From Bdellovibrionales bacterium (GTDB taxonomy: Bacteria > Bdellovibrionota > Bdellovibrionia > Bdellovibrionales > UBA840), in assembly GCA_037969075.1 (NCBI GenBank), contig JBBKWS010000136.1, positions 1 to 13,698 of the forward strand: 13,698 nt of DNA. Reading direction: 5' to 3'. The notes under the pieces are model-generated. The model was not told the origin of the DNA and made no database searches. It saw nothing but the letters and a program-made list of their open reading frames with translations. Positions 1 to 8,503 of this stretch are shown here, in pieces. The first letter of the stretch is position 1, and every line of letters begins with the position of its first letter. The translations under genes were made by a program, and so were the position numbers.

Positions 1-255
1 GGGACTAGATCCAGAGGAAAAGGCATTGGTCCATTTAAAAAAGGCGCCTTTCATGTGGCCTTAAACACCAAACGCCCAGTCATCGGAATGGTTGCCACAA
101 AATACGATTTTGATTTAAATAAATGGAAAAGTGGAACTGTAGGATTTAAAGTTTTAAAGCCGTATTACATCACTTCAAGTGAAACGCTAGATACTGACAT
201 ACAGGCTATTCACCAAGAGTTTGTGAACTTTCAAACCTCTTACGTTAAGTCCTAA
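1..255 (+). CDS. plsC: 1-acyl-sn-glycerol-3-phosphate acyltransferase, 3' part (5' end outside window)
   Basis: Frame 1 is open from base 1 and reads GTRSRGKGIGPFKKGAFHVALNTKRPVIG, matching the (FPE)GTRS...PFKKGAF motifs of PlsC. Stop TAA at 253-255. The ORF-track start at 55 is an internal GTG. Confidence 0.85.
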   Translation, partial: GTRSRGKGIGPFKKGAFHVALNTKRPVIGMVATKYDFDLNKWKSGTVGFKVLKPYYITSSETLDTDIQAIHQEFVNFQTSYVKS

Positions 256-310
256 TAAAAAAGGCCTCTATTATATATCTCTTCTGTAATTTATAGGTTT
301 TCAAGTCAAA

Positions 311-1063
311 CTAATGCCTTTTTATATCCAAATCAACTTTACCTTGTAGAGAGCGATACGTATTTGCCCTAGCACTGGTGGTATCTGCGTGCTGCTCTTT
401 ATACATGATCAGCCGATAGTTTCCACCTTCATTGTTGTAGCCATAAAGTCTACTGCCGCCACCCTTGCCGACGATTTTTAACTCAAACAAATGGCTCTCT
501 CCCGATGAGACCGTCAACCTAATAAGTCCTGGCGTCGATTTCCCGCGGGATGCACCATGAGTGATAGCTCTTAAAAAATGCTTACTCACATGCACTGCTC
601 TATAATCTAAATCCCAAAAAACCTCTTTTACCAAAGACTCTGAAAAAGAAACTGTGATAGGTCCCGTTCTTGTTTCAACATGGTAAATACGATCCGGAAA
701 AATTAAGGCAGGGTCCTCTAGCAGCTCATTAAATTCAAAGGTATTTCTTCTTTTAGATTCTCTCGCTAAATCAAAAGAAGCGTGATCTAAATGTTTCTCT
801 ATGTCTTCAGCTCTTTTTCGAAGTTGTGGCTCAGTGATTTGGCCATTAATAACATCTGCGGTTAAATGATCTATTGCCAACACTAATCTTTCTACTTCAC
901 GTGTGTCAGGAGTATCTCGACCGAATAGGGTTGCGTATTGCTCACGTACCACCGCAAGCCTACCCTCATACTTTTCGACGACCTCTAGAGGCTCGGCAAA
1001 TAACACCTGAATATCACAGGTAAGACCTGCATATGCATTTATAAAAAGTAATGTTAAAATCAT
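311..1063 (-). CDS. Hypothetical exported protein (signal peptide, helical N-half, alpha/beta C-terminal domain)
   Basis: 250-aa ORF with a short hydrophobic N-terminus ending A-Y-A (MILTLLFINAYA). No family recognised with confidence. Confidence 0.7.
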   Translation of the reverse strand: MILTLLFINAYAGLTCDIQVLFAEPLEVVEKYEGRLAVVREQYATLFGRDTPDTREVERLVLAIDHLTADVINGQITEPQLRKRAEDIEKHLDHASFDLARESKRRNTFEFNELLEDPALIFPDRIYHVETRTGPITVSFSESLVKEVFWDLDYRAVHVSKHFLRAITHGASRGKSTPGLIRLTVSSGESHLFELKIVGKGGGSRLYGYNNEGGNYRLIMYKEQHADTTSARANTYRSLQGKVDLDIKRH

Positions 1064-1158
1064 TAATTAATCCCAAAATCCCTAATGTATTGAATACCTG
1101 CACAGTAGTGGATTTTAGGTAAATAACAAGAGACCCTAAAAAGTTTACTCGGTATTCA

Positions 1159-1980
1159 TTAAATATTAAGTGGGTTGGCAGGCTCTGCTATCATCTCTTT
1201 TGATTTAACAGCTGAAGGAGCAAAATTATCATACGCAGCTTTAACGGCTTGATGAGACTCTTCGACTAAAGCTTCAAGGCTGCGATTAGGATCAAATACT
1301 ATGGGCTGCAAAAAATCGATATCAACCACAAGGCCTGGCTGCATAACAAAAGATAAAAAGTGCAGTCCAAAGTTCATATCCCCATACCAACAAACTTTAT
1401 CACGATTTTCTTTAGTCACTGGTCTTTTTCCAAGGTATCTATAGTTAATACAAATTGGCTGCACGTCAGCTTCAGCAAAAATCGCTGCATTAAAGAGCGG
1501 ACGACGAAAACGTATGACTTCATCCCCATTGGTACTAGTGGCTTCAGGGAAGATTGTAATGGTAAGATTTTCTTTAAGGCCTTGAGTGATCTCTTGAATT
1601 TCATTTTGTATATTCACTTTATTTCGTCTCTCAACAAAGACACAAGAGGCAAGCCTACAAATCCAACCAAGAATCGGAGTGTCTCGCATCTCTTTTGAGG
1701 TTACATAAGAGGTAGGGTAAAGTGCCGCTAGAAAAAAAATATCCACATAAGACATGTGGTTAGAAACCACAAGCTTACCCTCTAACTGACTATAGTCACC
1801 ACTAACCTTTAACTTTATGTTTAAGGCTGACAACATCCACGAAGTAAACGTTTGCAGTACTCTGGATAAAGTTTTTCTTTCAGTCCATACATTCTTTGAA
1901 AACATATGTATTACCATAGCTACATGTATGAAACCCATAACTACAAAGACAGCACCAAGTAATTTAAAAATTCTTAACAT
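1159..1980 (-). CDS. Lysophospholipid acyltransferase family protein (PlsC superfamily, possibly OlsA-like)
   Basis: Catalytic HX4D motif (SNHMSYVD), VFVERR and FPEATSTNG motifs, and an N-terminal TM helix. Starts 4 nt after the ABC permease stop. Confidence 0.85.
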   Translation of the reverse strand: MLRIFKLLGAVFVVMGFIHVAMVIHMFSKNVWTERKTLSRVLQTFTSWMLSALNIKLKVSGDYSQLEGKLVVSNHMSYVDIFFLAALYPTSYVTSKEMRDTPILGWICRLASCVFVERRNKVNIQNEIQEITQGLKENLTITIFPEATSTNGDEVIRFRRPLFNAAIFAEADVQPICINYRYLGKRPVTKENRDKVCWYGDMNFGLHFLSFVMQPGLVVDIDFLQPIVFDPNRSLEALVEESHQAVKAAYDNFAPSAVKSKEMIAEPANPLNI

Positions 1981-1984
1981 AAAA

Positions 1985-2758
1985 TTACCATCTTGAGTAT
2001 GTACCCCGCTTAACTGCGCGCGATGCCAACAGCATCAATGCGATTAAGCTAAAAGTTGATATCATCAATGCAAAATTAACATTAACATCCGATACGCCAA
2101 CTAGACCATATCTGACACCGTTGATAAAATATAACATCGGATTTATTTTTGAAAGCCCCTGCCAAAAAGGATGCAACAAATCAATAGAATAAAAAACTCC
2201 ACCTAAATACATCAAAGGTAGCAATACAAAAGATCCAATGGCCGATAATTGATCAAAGTTTTTTGCCCAAAAAGAAACGCTTATCCCTAAAAGTGAGAAA
2301 CTAACACCGCCGATACATAAAAATGCAAGGAGGTATAACGGAGAATATATTCCAATAAATTCATGATATTGAATAAAGTAAAATACCGCCCCAACAGTAA
2401 ATGTAATTACTCCGACCATTAAACCTCTTGTAAGACCACCCAGTGAAAATGCCCAAAGAATTGTTTGTGTACTAAGCGGAACAATTCGCATGTCTTGTAA
2501 TTCGCCATGAAATTTAGAGTTAATGATAGAAGATGATGTGTTTTGAAATGCATTATTTAAAACTGACATCATCACTAAACCTGGTATTAAAAAAGCTAAA
2601 TAGGTAATGCCTGATTTTAACTCGATGCTAGCGCCAAGACTTACGCCAAAAATCAATAGGTATAGTGATGAGTTGATTATAGGAGTAACTACAGTTTGCC
2701 CAATAACTCTTAGAAATCGTCTAACTTCTCTTTTATAAAGGGTTGAAAAAGCAATCAT
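1985..2758 (-). CDS. ABC-2 type transporter permease (YadH-like)
   Basis: REVRRFLRV..QT..P.I...LYLLIFG, YLAFLIPGL.MM, PL.YLGGVFYS and NPMLYFINGVRYG motifs with about 6 TM segments. ATGA overlap with the ATPase gene. Confidence 0.92.
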   Translation of the reverse strand: MIAFSTLYKREVRRFLRVIGQTVVTPIINSSLYLLIFGVSLGASIELKSGITYLAFLIPGLVMMSVLNNAFQNTSSSIINSKFHGELQDMRIVPLSTQTILWAFSLGGLTRGLMVGVITFTVGAVFYFIQYHEFIGIYSPLYLLAFLCIGGVSFSLLGISVSFWAKNFDQLSAIGSFVLLPLMYLGGVFYSIDLLHPFWQGLSKINPMLYFINGVRYGLVGVSDVNVNFALMISTFSLIALMLLASRAVKRGTYSRW

Positions 2759-3651
2759 GTTTCTGCCCCTAATACTTTTAAGAACGCGTCCTCTAAATTA
2801 CCTTCTTTTATTTTGAAGTCTTTAACGGCAGTCACATCTAAGCCAATCTTTCCCATAAGTTGGCCAAACTCCATTTGAGAGGGAACTTTAAAAATTAACT
2901 TAGTATCTGTCTGAGAGATCAAATACTCACTAGTTACTTTTGATACTGCATGGGTTAGGACGATTTCAATTTCACGATCCGTGAGCTCACTAATAATTTG
3001 CTTTGTATTGCCGACTCGTAAAATTTTTCCATTACTAATGATCCCTACGCGCTCGCAAAGCTGCTCTGCCTCTTCTAAATAATGCGTAGTTAATAATATC
3101 GAACAGCCTTCTTGATTTAACTTTCTAACAAACTTCCAAAGTGAGTTTCTTAGCTCAATATCTACACCTGCTGTAGGCTCATCTAATAACAATAGCTTTG
3201 GTTTATGGACCAGTGCTTTAGCGATCAATAATCTTCTTTTCATTCCACCACTAAGTTGTGCGACTTTCTTATCTTTATGCTCCGTTAAACCTAAATTTTC
3301 TAGCAAAAAATCGATATGGTTTTTATTATTAGTGATCCCATAATAACCAGAGATAAAGGTAAGTATCTCTTCAACCGTAAAAAATCCATGACTGACGGTC
3401 TCTTGCGGTACCACACCCACTAAATATTTAGGAGTCATGTTTTGTGGATGCACGGTTTCGCCAAAAACTTTCACTTCACCTTTTGAGGCTTCTATTAAGG
3501 TGGCAATGATTGATATCAGTGTAGTCTTGCCCGAACCATTGGGTCCCAGTAGGCCAAAGATTTCTCCTTCATTCATAGAAAAAGAAATTCCCTTAAGAGC
3601 TGCAAGTTGACCATAGTATTTTTCGACTGAAATAACTTCTAGTGGTGACAT
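2755..3651 (-). CDS. ABC transporter ATP-binding protein (YadG-like)
   Basis: Walker A GPNGSGKTT, signature LSGGMKRR, Walker B LLLLDEPT, H-loop TTHY. ATG at 3651 (MSPLEV) preferred over the GTG at 3669. Confidence 0.95.
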   Translation of the reverse strand: MSPLEVISVEKYYGQLAALKGISFSMNEGEIFGLLGPNGSGKTTLISIIATLIEASKGEVKVFGETVHPQNMTPKYLVGVVPQETVSHGFFTVEEILTFISGYYGITNNKNHIDFLLENLGLTEHKDKKVAQLSGGMKRRLLIAKALVHKPKLLLLDEPTAGVDIELRNSLWKFVRKLNQEGCSILLTTHYLEEAEQLCERVGIISNGKILRVGNTKQIISELTDREIEIVLTHAVSKVTSEYLISQTDTKLIFKVPSQMEFGQLMGKIGLDVTAVKDFKIKEGNLEDAFLKVLGAET

Positions 3652-3739
3652 AAGAAAGGGATATAACACTAAATATGAGCTGAGTGTATCAGCAGGTCTC
3701 GTATGCTTGGTTTTAACGCTTTTTAATGCAGAGCTTCTT

Positions 3740-4669
3740 TTATTTTACAAGACCTGCATCTCGCAGTAATCCCTCCGCAGAGATATCAGAAAAATCTTCA
3801 GATAGATTCGTCATTAATTTTTGTAAATGCTCTATAGCATTTTTTTGTCTGGCAGTATTCTTAGATTCTAGCCCATCTGCTAAGCCTCGCCACTCGGGGG
3901 ATGCCAGCAGAAGCTCTTGCATAGACTTAGTAAATATATCAGCCCATGTCGGTTGGCTAAAGGTAAAATTTAGGGAAAGTGAATCTTCCTCGGCTGTCGT
4001 TGTATGCCAATAGCCTCTTGGCACAAACAAAACACAACCTGGCTCCATTAAAACTTCTATCGCATCATCTGGGATTTCACTTGGTAGCACATCATGAAAT
4101 TGCTTTTCAAGCGCTTTAGAAATTTCAGGCGCACCCATGGTGAACCTTTCAGTAGGGTTTACGACCGATTTATTTGGAGCTAAAATCCAGCTTTTTTTAC
4201 CTTTTACCTGTAAAATAAAATTTACATTAGCATCAAAGTGGAGCCTGGTACCTGCCCCTTTTGGCGTAGCGTAGGCAATCGATCTAGCTTTACATAAATT
4301 GTTTTCTTCCCCGCCTGTCACCAACCCTAAGTCACGACGAATATTATTTAAAGCTGTGGCAACCTTACAATCTTGTATTTGCATCGAATCAAAGACCAGT
4401 GTCATTTGATTGCGATATGCTTTTAGAGCGTCTTTTGAATCTAAGTGAATCGAAGAGTACTCATCATCAAAATCAGGAAGACAAGCACGAACTTTCAAAG
4501 TTCTAGCTGCTACAATTGACTCTAAGCTTTGAACTTGAGTAGAACCAACTAAGGCCTGCAGTTTTCCGGTTTGAGCCGCAATAAACAAAGGCTCTTTGGG
4601 CCAATGTGATTTTAAAAAATCTTCAGTGGACATCGGAGATAACAGGTCGGATAGGTTAAAACTTTGCAT
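3740..4669 (-). CDS. JmjC/cupin_4 Fe(II)/2-oxoglutarate oxygenase (RoxA/YcfD-like family)
   Basis: N-terminal F...HW..EP motif, HFD (HxD) followed by NFILQVKGKKSW, and distal MEPGCVLFVPRGYWHTT supplying the third metal ligand. ATG at 4669 preferred over the TTG at 4690. Confidence 0.88.
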   Translation of the reverse strand: MQSFNLSDLLSPMSTEDFLKSHWPKEPLFIAAQTGKLQALVGSTQVQSLESIVAARTLKVRACLPDFDDEYSSIHLDSKDALKAYRNQMTLVFDSMQIQDCKVATALNNIRRDLGLVTGGEENNLCKARSIAYATPKGAGTRLHFDANVNFILQVKGKKSWILAPNKSVVNPTERFTMGAPEISKALEKQFHDVLPSEIPDDAIEVLMEPGCVLFVPRGYWHTTTAEEDSLSLNFTFSQPTWADIFTKSMQELLLASPEWRGLADGLESKNTARQKNAIEHLQKLMTNLSEDFSDISAEGLLRDAGLVK

Positions 4670-4728
4670 GTCGCAAGGTAACAGTACCAAAGGTAATAGT
4701 CGAGATGCAAATCATCTACGGGTTTACT

Positions 4729-4756
4729 TTGACAATCTTAGCTAAATCTTTATAAG
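4729..4756 (+). promoter_or_regulatory. Candidate sigma70 promoter for the GNAT gene
   Basis: TTGACA (4729-4734), 16 nt, TATAAG (4751-4756), ending 6 nt before ATG 4763. Confidence 0.45.
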
Positions 4757-4762
4757 TGCAGC

Positions 4763-5281
4763 ATGCAATTACAGCCATTACTTAAAGGTAAGCACGTAAC
4801 ACTAAAACCACTTTCAAAAGCACACTTTGCTGATCTCTTTCTTGTGGCGTCTGACCCTAAGGTGTGGGAGCAACACCCGAGGTCAGATAGATATAAAGAA
4901 GATGTGTTTGCGGAACTTTTTGAACTTGGTTTAAAATCCGAAGGTGCCTTTGTTATCGTAGACAATATTACCGACTATATTATAGGTAGCACTAGATTTT
5001 ACGATTTTGATCCCGTAAAAAACCATGTGATAATTGGCTATACATTTATAGCGACAGAATATTGGGGAAAAGGTTTTAATCGCGAAGCGAAACATTTACT
5101 TTTAAATCACGCATTTCAGTTTGTTGATACGGTTTTATTTGAAATAGGAAAAGCAAATATAAGATCACAAAAAGCAATCGGTAAAATTGGAGCAAAGCTT
5201 TTTAATGAGTTAGTAGTAGATGATAGTCCGCATTTGATTTATAAAATTGAAAGAGCGGACTTTCAAAAATCTATTATCTAG
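4763..5281 (+). CDS. GNAT family N-acetyltransferase (RimJ/RimL-like)
   Basis: IIGSTRFY, IGYTFI...YWGKGFN (acetyl-CoA motif A) and N.RSQKAI.KIGA. Confidence 0.92.
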   Translation: MQLQPLLKGKHVTLKPLSKAHFADLFLVASDPKVWEQHPRSDRYKEDVFAELFELGLKSEGAFVIVDNITDYIIGSTRFYDFDPVKNHVIIGYTFIATEYWGKGFNREAKHLLLNHAFQFVDTVLFEIGKANIRSQKAIGKIGAKLFNELVVDDSPHLIYKIERADFQKSII

Positions 5282-6866
5282 TCGGCTGTATTGAGGTGGC
5301 AAACACCACCTCTGGGTTTTCTTTTACAGCCCAATTAAGATCCCACTCTTTTTCTAAAAGCACGACTTGCTCGCCGTAGCCATCTTCAGCTTTAAGCATG
5401 GAGCCTTTAATGTCACCCGTGTAGGGCCTATTGTCTTTTGTACGAGGCCATCTAACAACCGCATAGGGCACGCTAATTAATTTAGCCTCAAGATTATATT
5501 CTTCTTTAATACGAAACATCATCACTTCAAATTGCAAAACCCCAACAACGCCAATCACAGGATCTTGACGACCAATATGGGGCTCAATAAAGATCTGAAT
5601 ACTTCCTTCTTCAGAAAACTGTGTAAGCGCTTTTTCTAGATGCTTTCGCTTAGAGGCATCGATCAATTTAATTCTACCAAAAATTTCGGGGCTAAATCTT
5701 GGGATACCACCAAATTCAATTTTTTTACCATTACTTACCGAATCACCCACGCGAAAATTTCCGCTGTCATTAATTCCAATAATATCCCCAGAATAAGCTG
5801 TATCTACTGTTGTTCTTTCATCCGCCATAAATTGATTGGCATAGGCCAGACGAACTTCTTTATTTAGGCGCATATGCTGCACCTTCATGCCGCGTTCAAA
5901 TTTACCCGAGCAAATTCGTAAAAATGCAACGCGGTCACGGTGACGCTTATCCATATTGGCCTGCACCTTAAACACAAAGCCCGTAAAAGTTTTATTTTTA
6001 GGATCTACTATTTCTTCACCAGAAAATCTAGCAACTGGTGGTGGGGCGTATTGTTGAAAGATATCCATAAACGTAACCACACCAAAATTATATTTAGCTG
6101 ACCCCCATGTTAATGGACTAACTTTTCCGGTAAGAACATCCTCTATTTTAAGGTCCCCTAGGGCAATATCTACTAATTCGATCTCTTCTCTAAATTGTTT
6201 TAATACATCCGCTTCTGAGATCTTTTGATCAAGTATTGGATCATTATAATCACTTACCGAAAATGTCTCTGTAAGCATCTCTCCATTTTTGATTTTATAT
6301 AAGCTTACTTCTTTTTTATGACGGTGATACAAACCCTGAAACAACATTCCAATGCCAATAGGCCAAGTGATTGGATAGCATGACATTTTAAGAGTACTTT
6401 CTACCTCATCAATTAGTTCTAATGGGACCTTGCCATCTCGGTCGACCTTGTTGATAAATGTAAAAATAGGAAGTTGACGGTACCTACAAACTTCATAGAG
6501 TTTTTTAGTTTGTAATTCGACACCTTTTGCCACATCGATCAACATCACCGCAGAATCGGCTGCGGTTAGAGTTCTGTAGGTGTCCTCAGAGAAATCTTTG
6601 TGACCAGGAGTATCCAACAGATTTACATGCAAACCTTTATATTCATATTGCATAACAGAGGAAGTAATAGAGATTCCTCTTTGCTTCTCCATTTCCATCC
6701 AATCAGAGGTCGCAGCCTTTGAGCCAGCCTTTCCCTTAACTTCACCAGCAGTATGAATTGCACCGCCATGATGGAGGAGTTTTTCTGTTAATGTGGTTTT
6801 ACCAGCATCAGGATGGGAAATGATTGCAAATGTGCGTCGTCTTTCGACTTCTTCTTCGAATGTCAT
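5274..6866 (-). CDS. prfC: Peptide chain release factor 3
   Basis: RRTFAIISHPDAGKTTLTEKLL, SDWMEMEKQRGISITSS, NLLDTPGHKDFSEDTYRTL, INKVD, FKVQANMD..HRDRVAF and VGVLQFEV; 530 aa. Confidence 0.98.
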   Translation of the reverse strand: MTFEEEVERRRTFAIISHPDAGKTTLTEKLLHHGGAIHTAGEVKGKAGSKAATSDWMEMEKQRGISITSSVMQYEYKGLHVNLLDTPGHKDFSEDTYRTLTAADSAVMLIDVAKGVELQTKKLYEVCRYRQLPIFTFINKVDRDGKVPLELIDEVESTLKMSCYPITWPIGIGMLFQGLYHRHKKEVSLYKIKNGEMLTETFSVSDYNDPILDQKISEADVLKQFREEIELVDIALGDLKIEDVLTGKVSPLTWGSAKYNFGVVTFMDIFQQYAPPPVARFSGEEIVDPKNKTFTGFVFKVQANMDKRHRDRVAFLRICSGKFERGMKVQHMRLNKEVRLAYANQFMADERTTVDTAYSGDIIGINDSGNFRVGDSVSNGKKIEFGGIPRFSPEIFGRIKLIDASKRKHLEKALTQFSEEGSIQIFIEPHIGRQDPVIGVVGVLQFEVMMFRIKEEYNLEAKLISVPYAVVRWPRTKDNRPYTGDIKGSMLKAEDGYGEQVVLLEKEWDLNWAVKENPEVVFATSIQPTR

Positions 6867-6891
6867 AGAGCTTCAGACACTATTCTAGAAA

Positions 6892-7629
6892 CTAGCTGGT
6901 GGCAAGAGGCTCTGATGTAAAAAAACCATTCTCCATAAACCCCTGAAAATAGCTTTGCACCTTTTCTGGGCTTAAGTTACCTGCGGCATTAATAGCTACC
7001 TCAATTGACTCCCCAGTTTGAAGGGAGGTGATAATAGCTGCGGCGGCTGGCTCAACCTCATAATACTCAATATCTTCGTTGACCACAATAACAACATCTT
7101 GCTGCTTAGGTGGATACAGTTTTTCGTCTTCATAAATACTGGCAATTGGATATTTCGATTGAATCAATCGAACCGAAGTTTTTAAGAAAATTCTACCTGC
7201 TTCGATGTCATTGGCCGTAACTTTTGGTTGCTCTGAATAATATTCTAATTCAAAAAGATGCCATTCAAATTTGGCTAGATCACATAAATCTTCAGACATT
7301 TTTTCATCTCGCATAAATTTTGGCAGATTACGACCAAGCTCAGCTAATGTGTAGTTTGTGGATGGATAATGATAAATATAGTCTTTGAGTATATCTTGAA
7401 AAACTTTTTTGCCCAGAATTGCAAGTAACACTGGAAAATCTTCCATCAATGAATCCACTTGCCTTGCCCAGAAAGCATACGAATACACTTGCATGCGCTT
7501 TTCTTTATTGAATGCTGTCGTCTCTAACATATTATTCTTTAGATCTACCGATACAAAATCCTTGCGTCTTTGCAAATTTCTTTCTTGTAGCTCTTGATAG
7601 AATATCTTTTGCCAATCCTTAAGGAGCAA
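6892..7629 (-). CDS. DUF2063-type MNIO partner protein (BufC/HvfC-like RiPP maturation factor)
   Basis: R.QVY..A...R....L.EDFPVL..ILG...F......Y...YPS....L...G..LP.F......DLAKFEW pattern typical of DUF2063. TTG start overlaps the DUF692 gene end by 11 nt, preceded by GGGGTG. Confidence 0.85.
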   Translation of the reverse strand: MLLKDWQKIFYQELQERNLQRRKDFVSVDLKNNMLETTAFNKEKRMQVYSYAFWARQVDSLMEDFPVLLAILGKKVFQDILKDYIYHYPSTNYTLAELGRNLPKFMRDEKMSEDLCDLAKFEWHLFELEYYSEQPKVTANDIEAGRIFLKTSVRLIQSKYPIASIYEDEKLYPPKQQDVVIVVNEDIEYYEVEPAAAAIITSLQTGESIEVAINAAGNLSPEKVQSYFQGFMENGFFTSEPLATS

Positions 7630-8458
7630 TTGCCACCCCCCGGTTCACAAATTTTCTAGCTATATCTAAATGTTCTATTAATTCAGATAAAGGAGGAATC
7701 TTATCATCCCATTCAATCATTGTAGATACTGGCTTGTGGCGGCGAAGCATGGACTGATATAACTGCCAGGTTTCTTCTCTAACTGGATGATCATGAGTAT
7801 CTATCATATAATTTTTTTGGTCTGAGGGGCCCGCTAAGTGAACTTGCCCGACTCTATGCCATGGAATTTTATCTAAATAAGTTTCGGGATCAAATCCATG
7901 GTTGAATGAGCTAACAAAAATATTATTTAAATCTAATAAGATGCCGCAATCCGCTTGATTTGCGACTTCTGCTAAAAACTCAGCTTCATTCATTTCTGAA
8001 AAACTAGCCTCTACATAAGAAGACACGTTTTCAATTAATATTTTTCTCCCTAAAAAATCTTGCGCTTGTTTAATTTTTTTAACTGTATTTTCTATAGCTT
8101 CGGTTGTGTATGGTAAGGGCAATAGATCATGAGAATTTTTTGTAAGCACTCCTGTCCAACACAAATGATCAGACACCCAAGCTGGTTGAACAACTTCTAT
8201 TAACTGTTTCCATTTTTTTAAGTAATTTTGATTTAAATCATCAGTAGAGCCGATGGATAAGGATACTCCATGCAAACATATTGGATAATCGTTTCGAATC
8301 TTTAACAGATCATCTATTGAGTTTGTAAGAGTGGTATTCGATAAGCCTAGATAGTTTTCGGTAATAGCTTCAAACCAATCTACCTTGGGTTTAGTTTTAA
8401 TGATCTCATCAATGTGTTTATTTCTAAGACCAAGACCAAAACCTAAATATGGGAACAT
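7619..8458 (-). CDS. DUF692 multinuclear non-heme iron-dependent oxidative enzyme (MNIO; BufB/HvfB-like)
   Basis: GLGLR..H, WFEAITENY, LHGVSLSIG, VSDHLCW, HDLLPLP, IENVSSY, LLDLNN, VHLAG, IDTHDHPV and IEWD: the full set of DUF692 motifs. AAGGA RBS 5 nt upstream. Confidence 0.96.
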   Translation of the reverse strand: MFPYLGFGLGLRNKHIDEIIKTKPKVDWFEAITENYLGLSNTTLTNSIDDLLKIRNDYPICLHGVSLSIGSTDDLNQNYLKKWKQLIEVVQPAWVSDHLCWTGVLTKNSHDLLPLPYTTEAIENTVKKIKQAQDFLGRKILIENVSSYVEASFSEMNEAEFLAEVANQADCGILLDLNNIFVSSFNHGFDPETYLDKIPWHRVGQVHLAGPSDQKNYMIDTHDHPVREETWQLYQSMLRRHKPVSTMIEWDDKIPPLSELIEHLDIARKFVNRGVAIAP

Positions 8459-8472
8459 AAAAATCCTTAAAG

Positions 8473-8496
8473 TTAGGAGACCTTGCGGTCCCCTAA
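8473..8496 (-). terminator. Intercistronic stem-loop (leaky terminator or mRNA stabiliser) after the precursor gene
   Basis: Minus strand TTAGGGGACC-GCAA-GGTCTCCTAA: 10-bp stem with one G-U pair and a GNRA tetraloop, followed only by CTTT. Confidence 0.75.
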
Positions 8497-8503
8497 GGTA
8501 ATA

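Noticed and set aside
1360..1698. ORFs 1360-1698 (+) and 1416-1604 (-)
   Set aside because: Shadow or alternate-frame ORFs inside a well-supported acyltransferase gene, with no recognisable motifs.
3726..4013. 95-aa plus-strand ORF
   Set aside because: Antisense to the JmjC gene, with no RBS or domain features.
4750..7597. Short ORFs 4750-4965, 5640-5867 and 7409-7597 (some Cys-containing) as extra RiPP precursors
   Set aside because: All are antisense to strong genes (GNAT, prfC, DUF2063) and lack a signal peptide and repeats.
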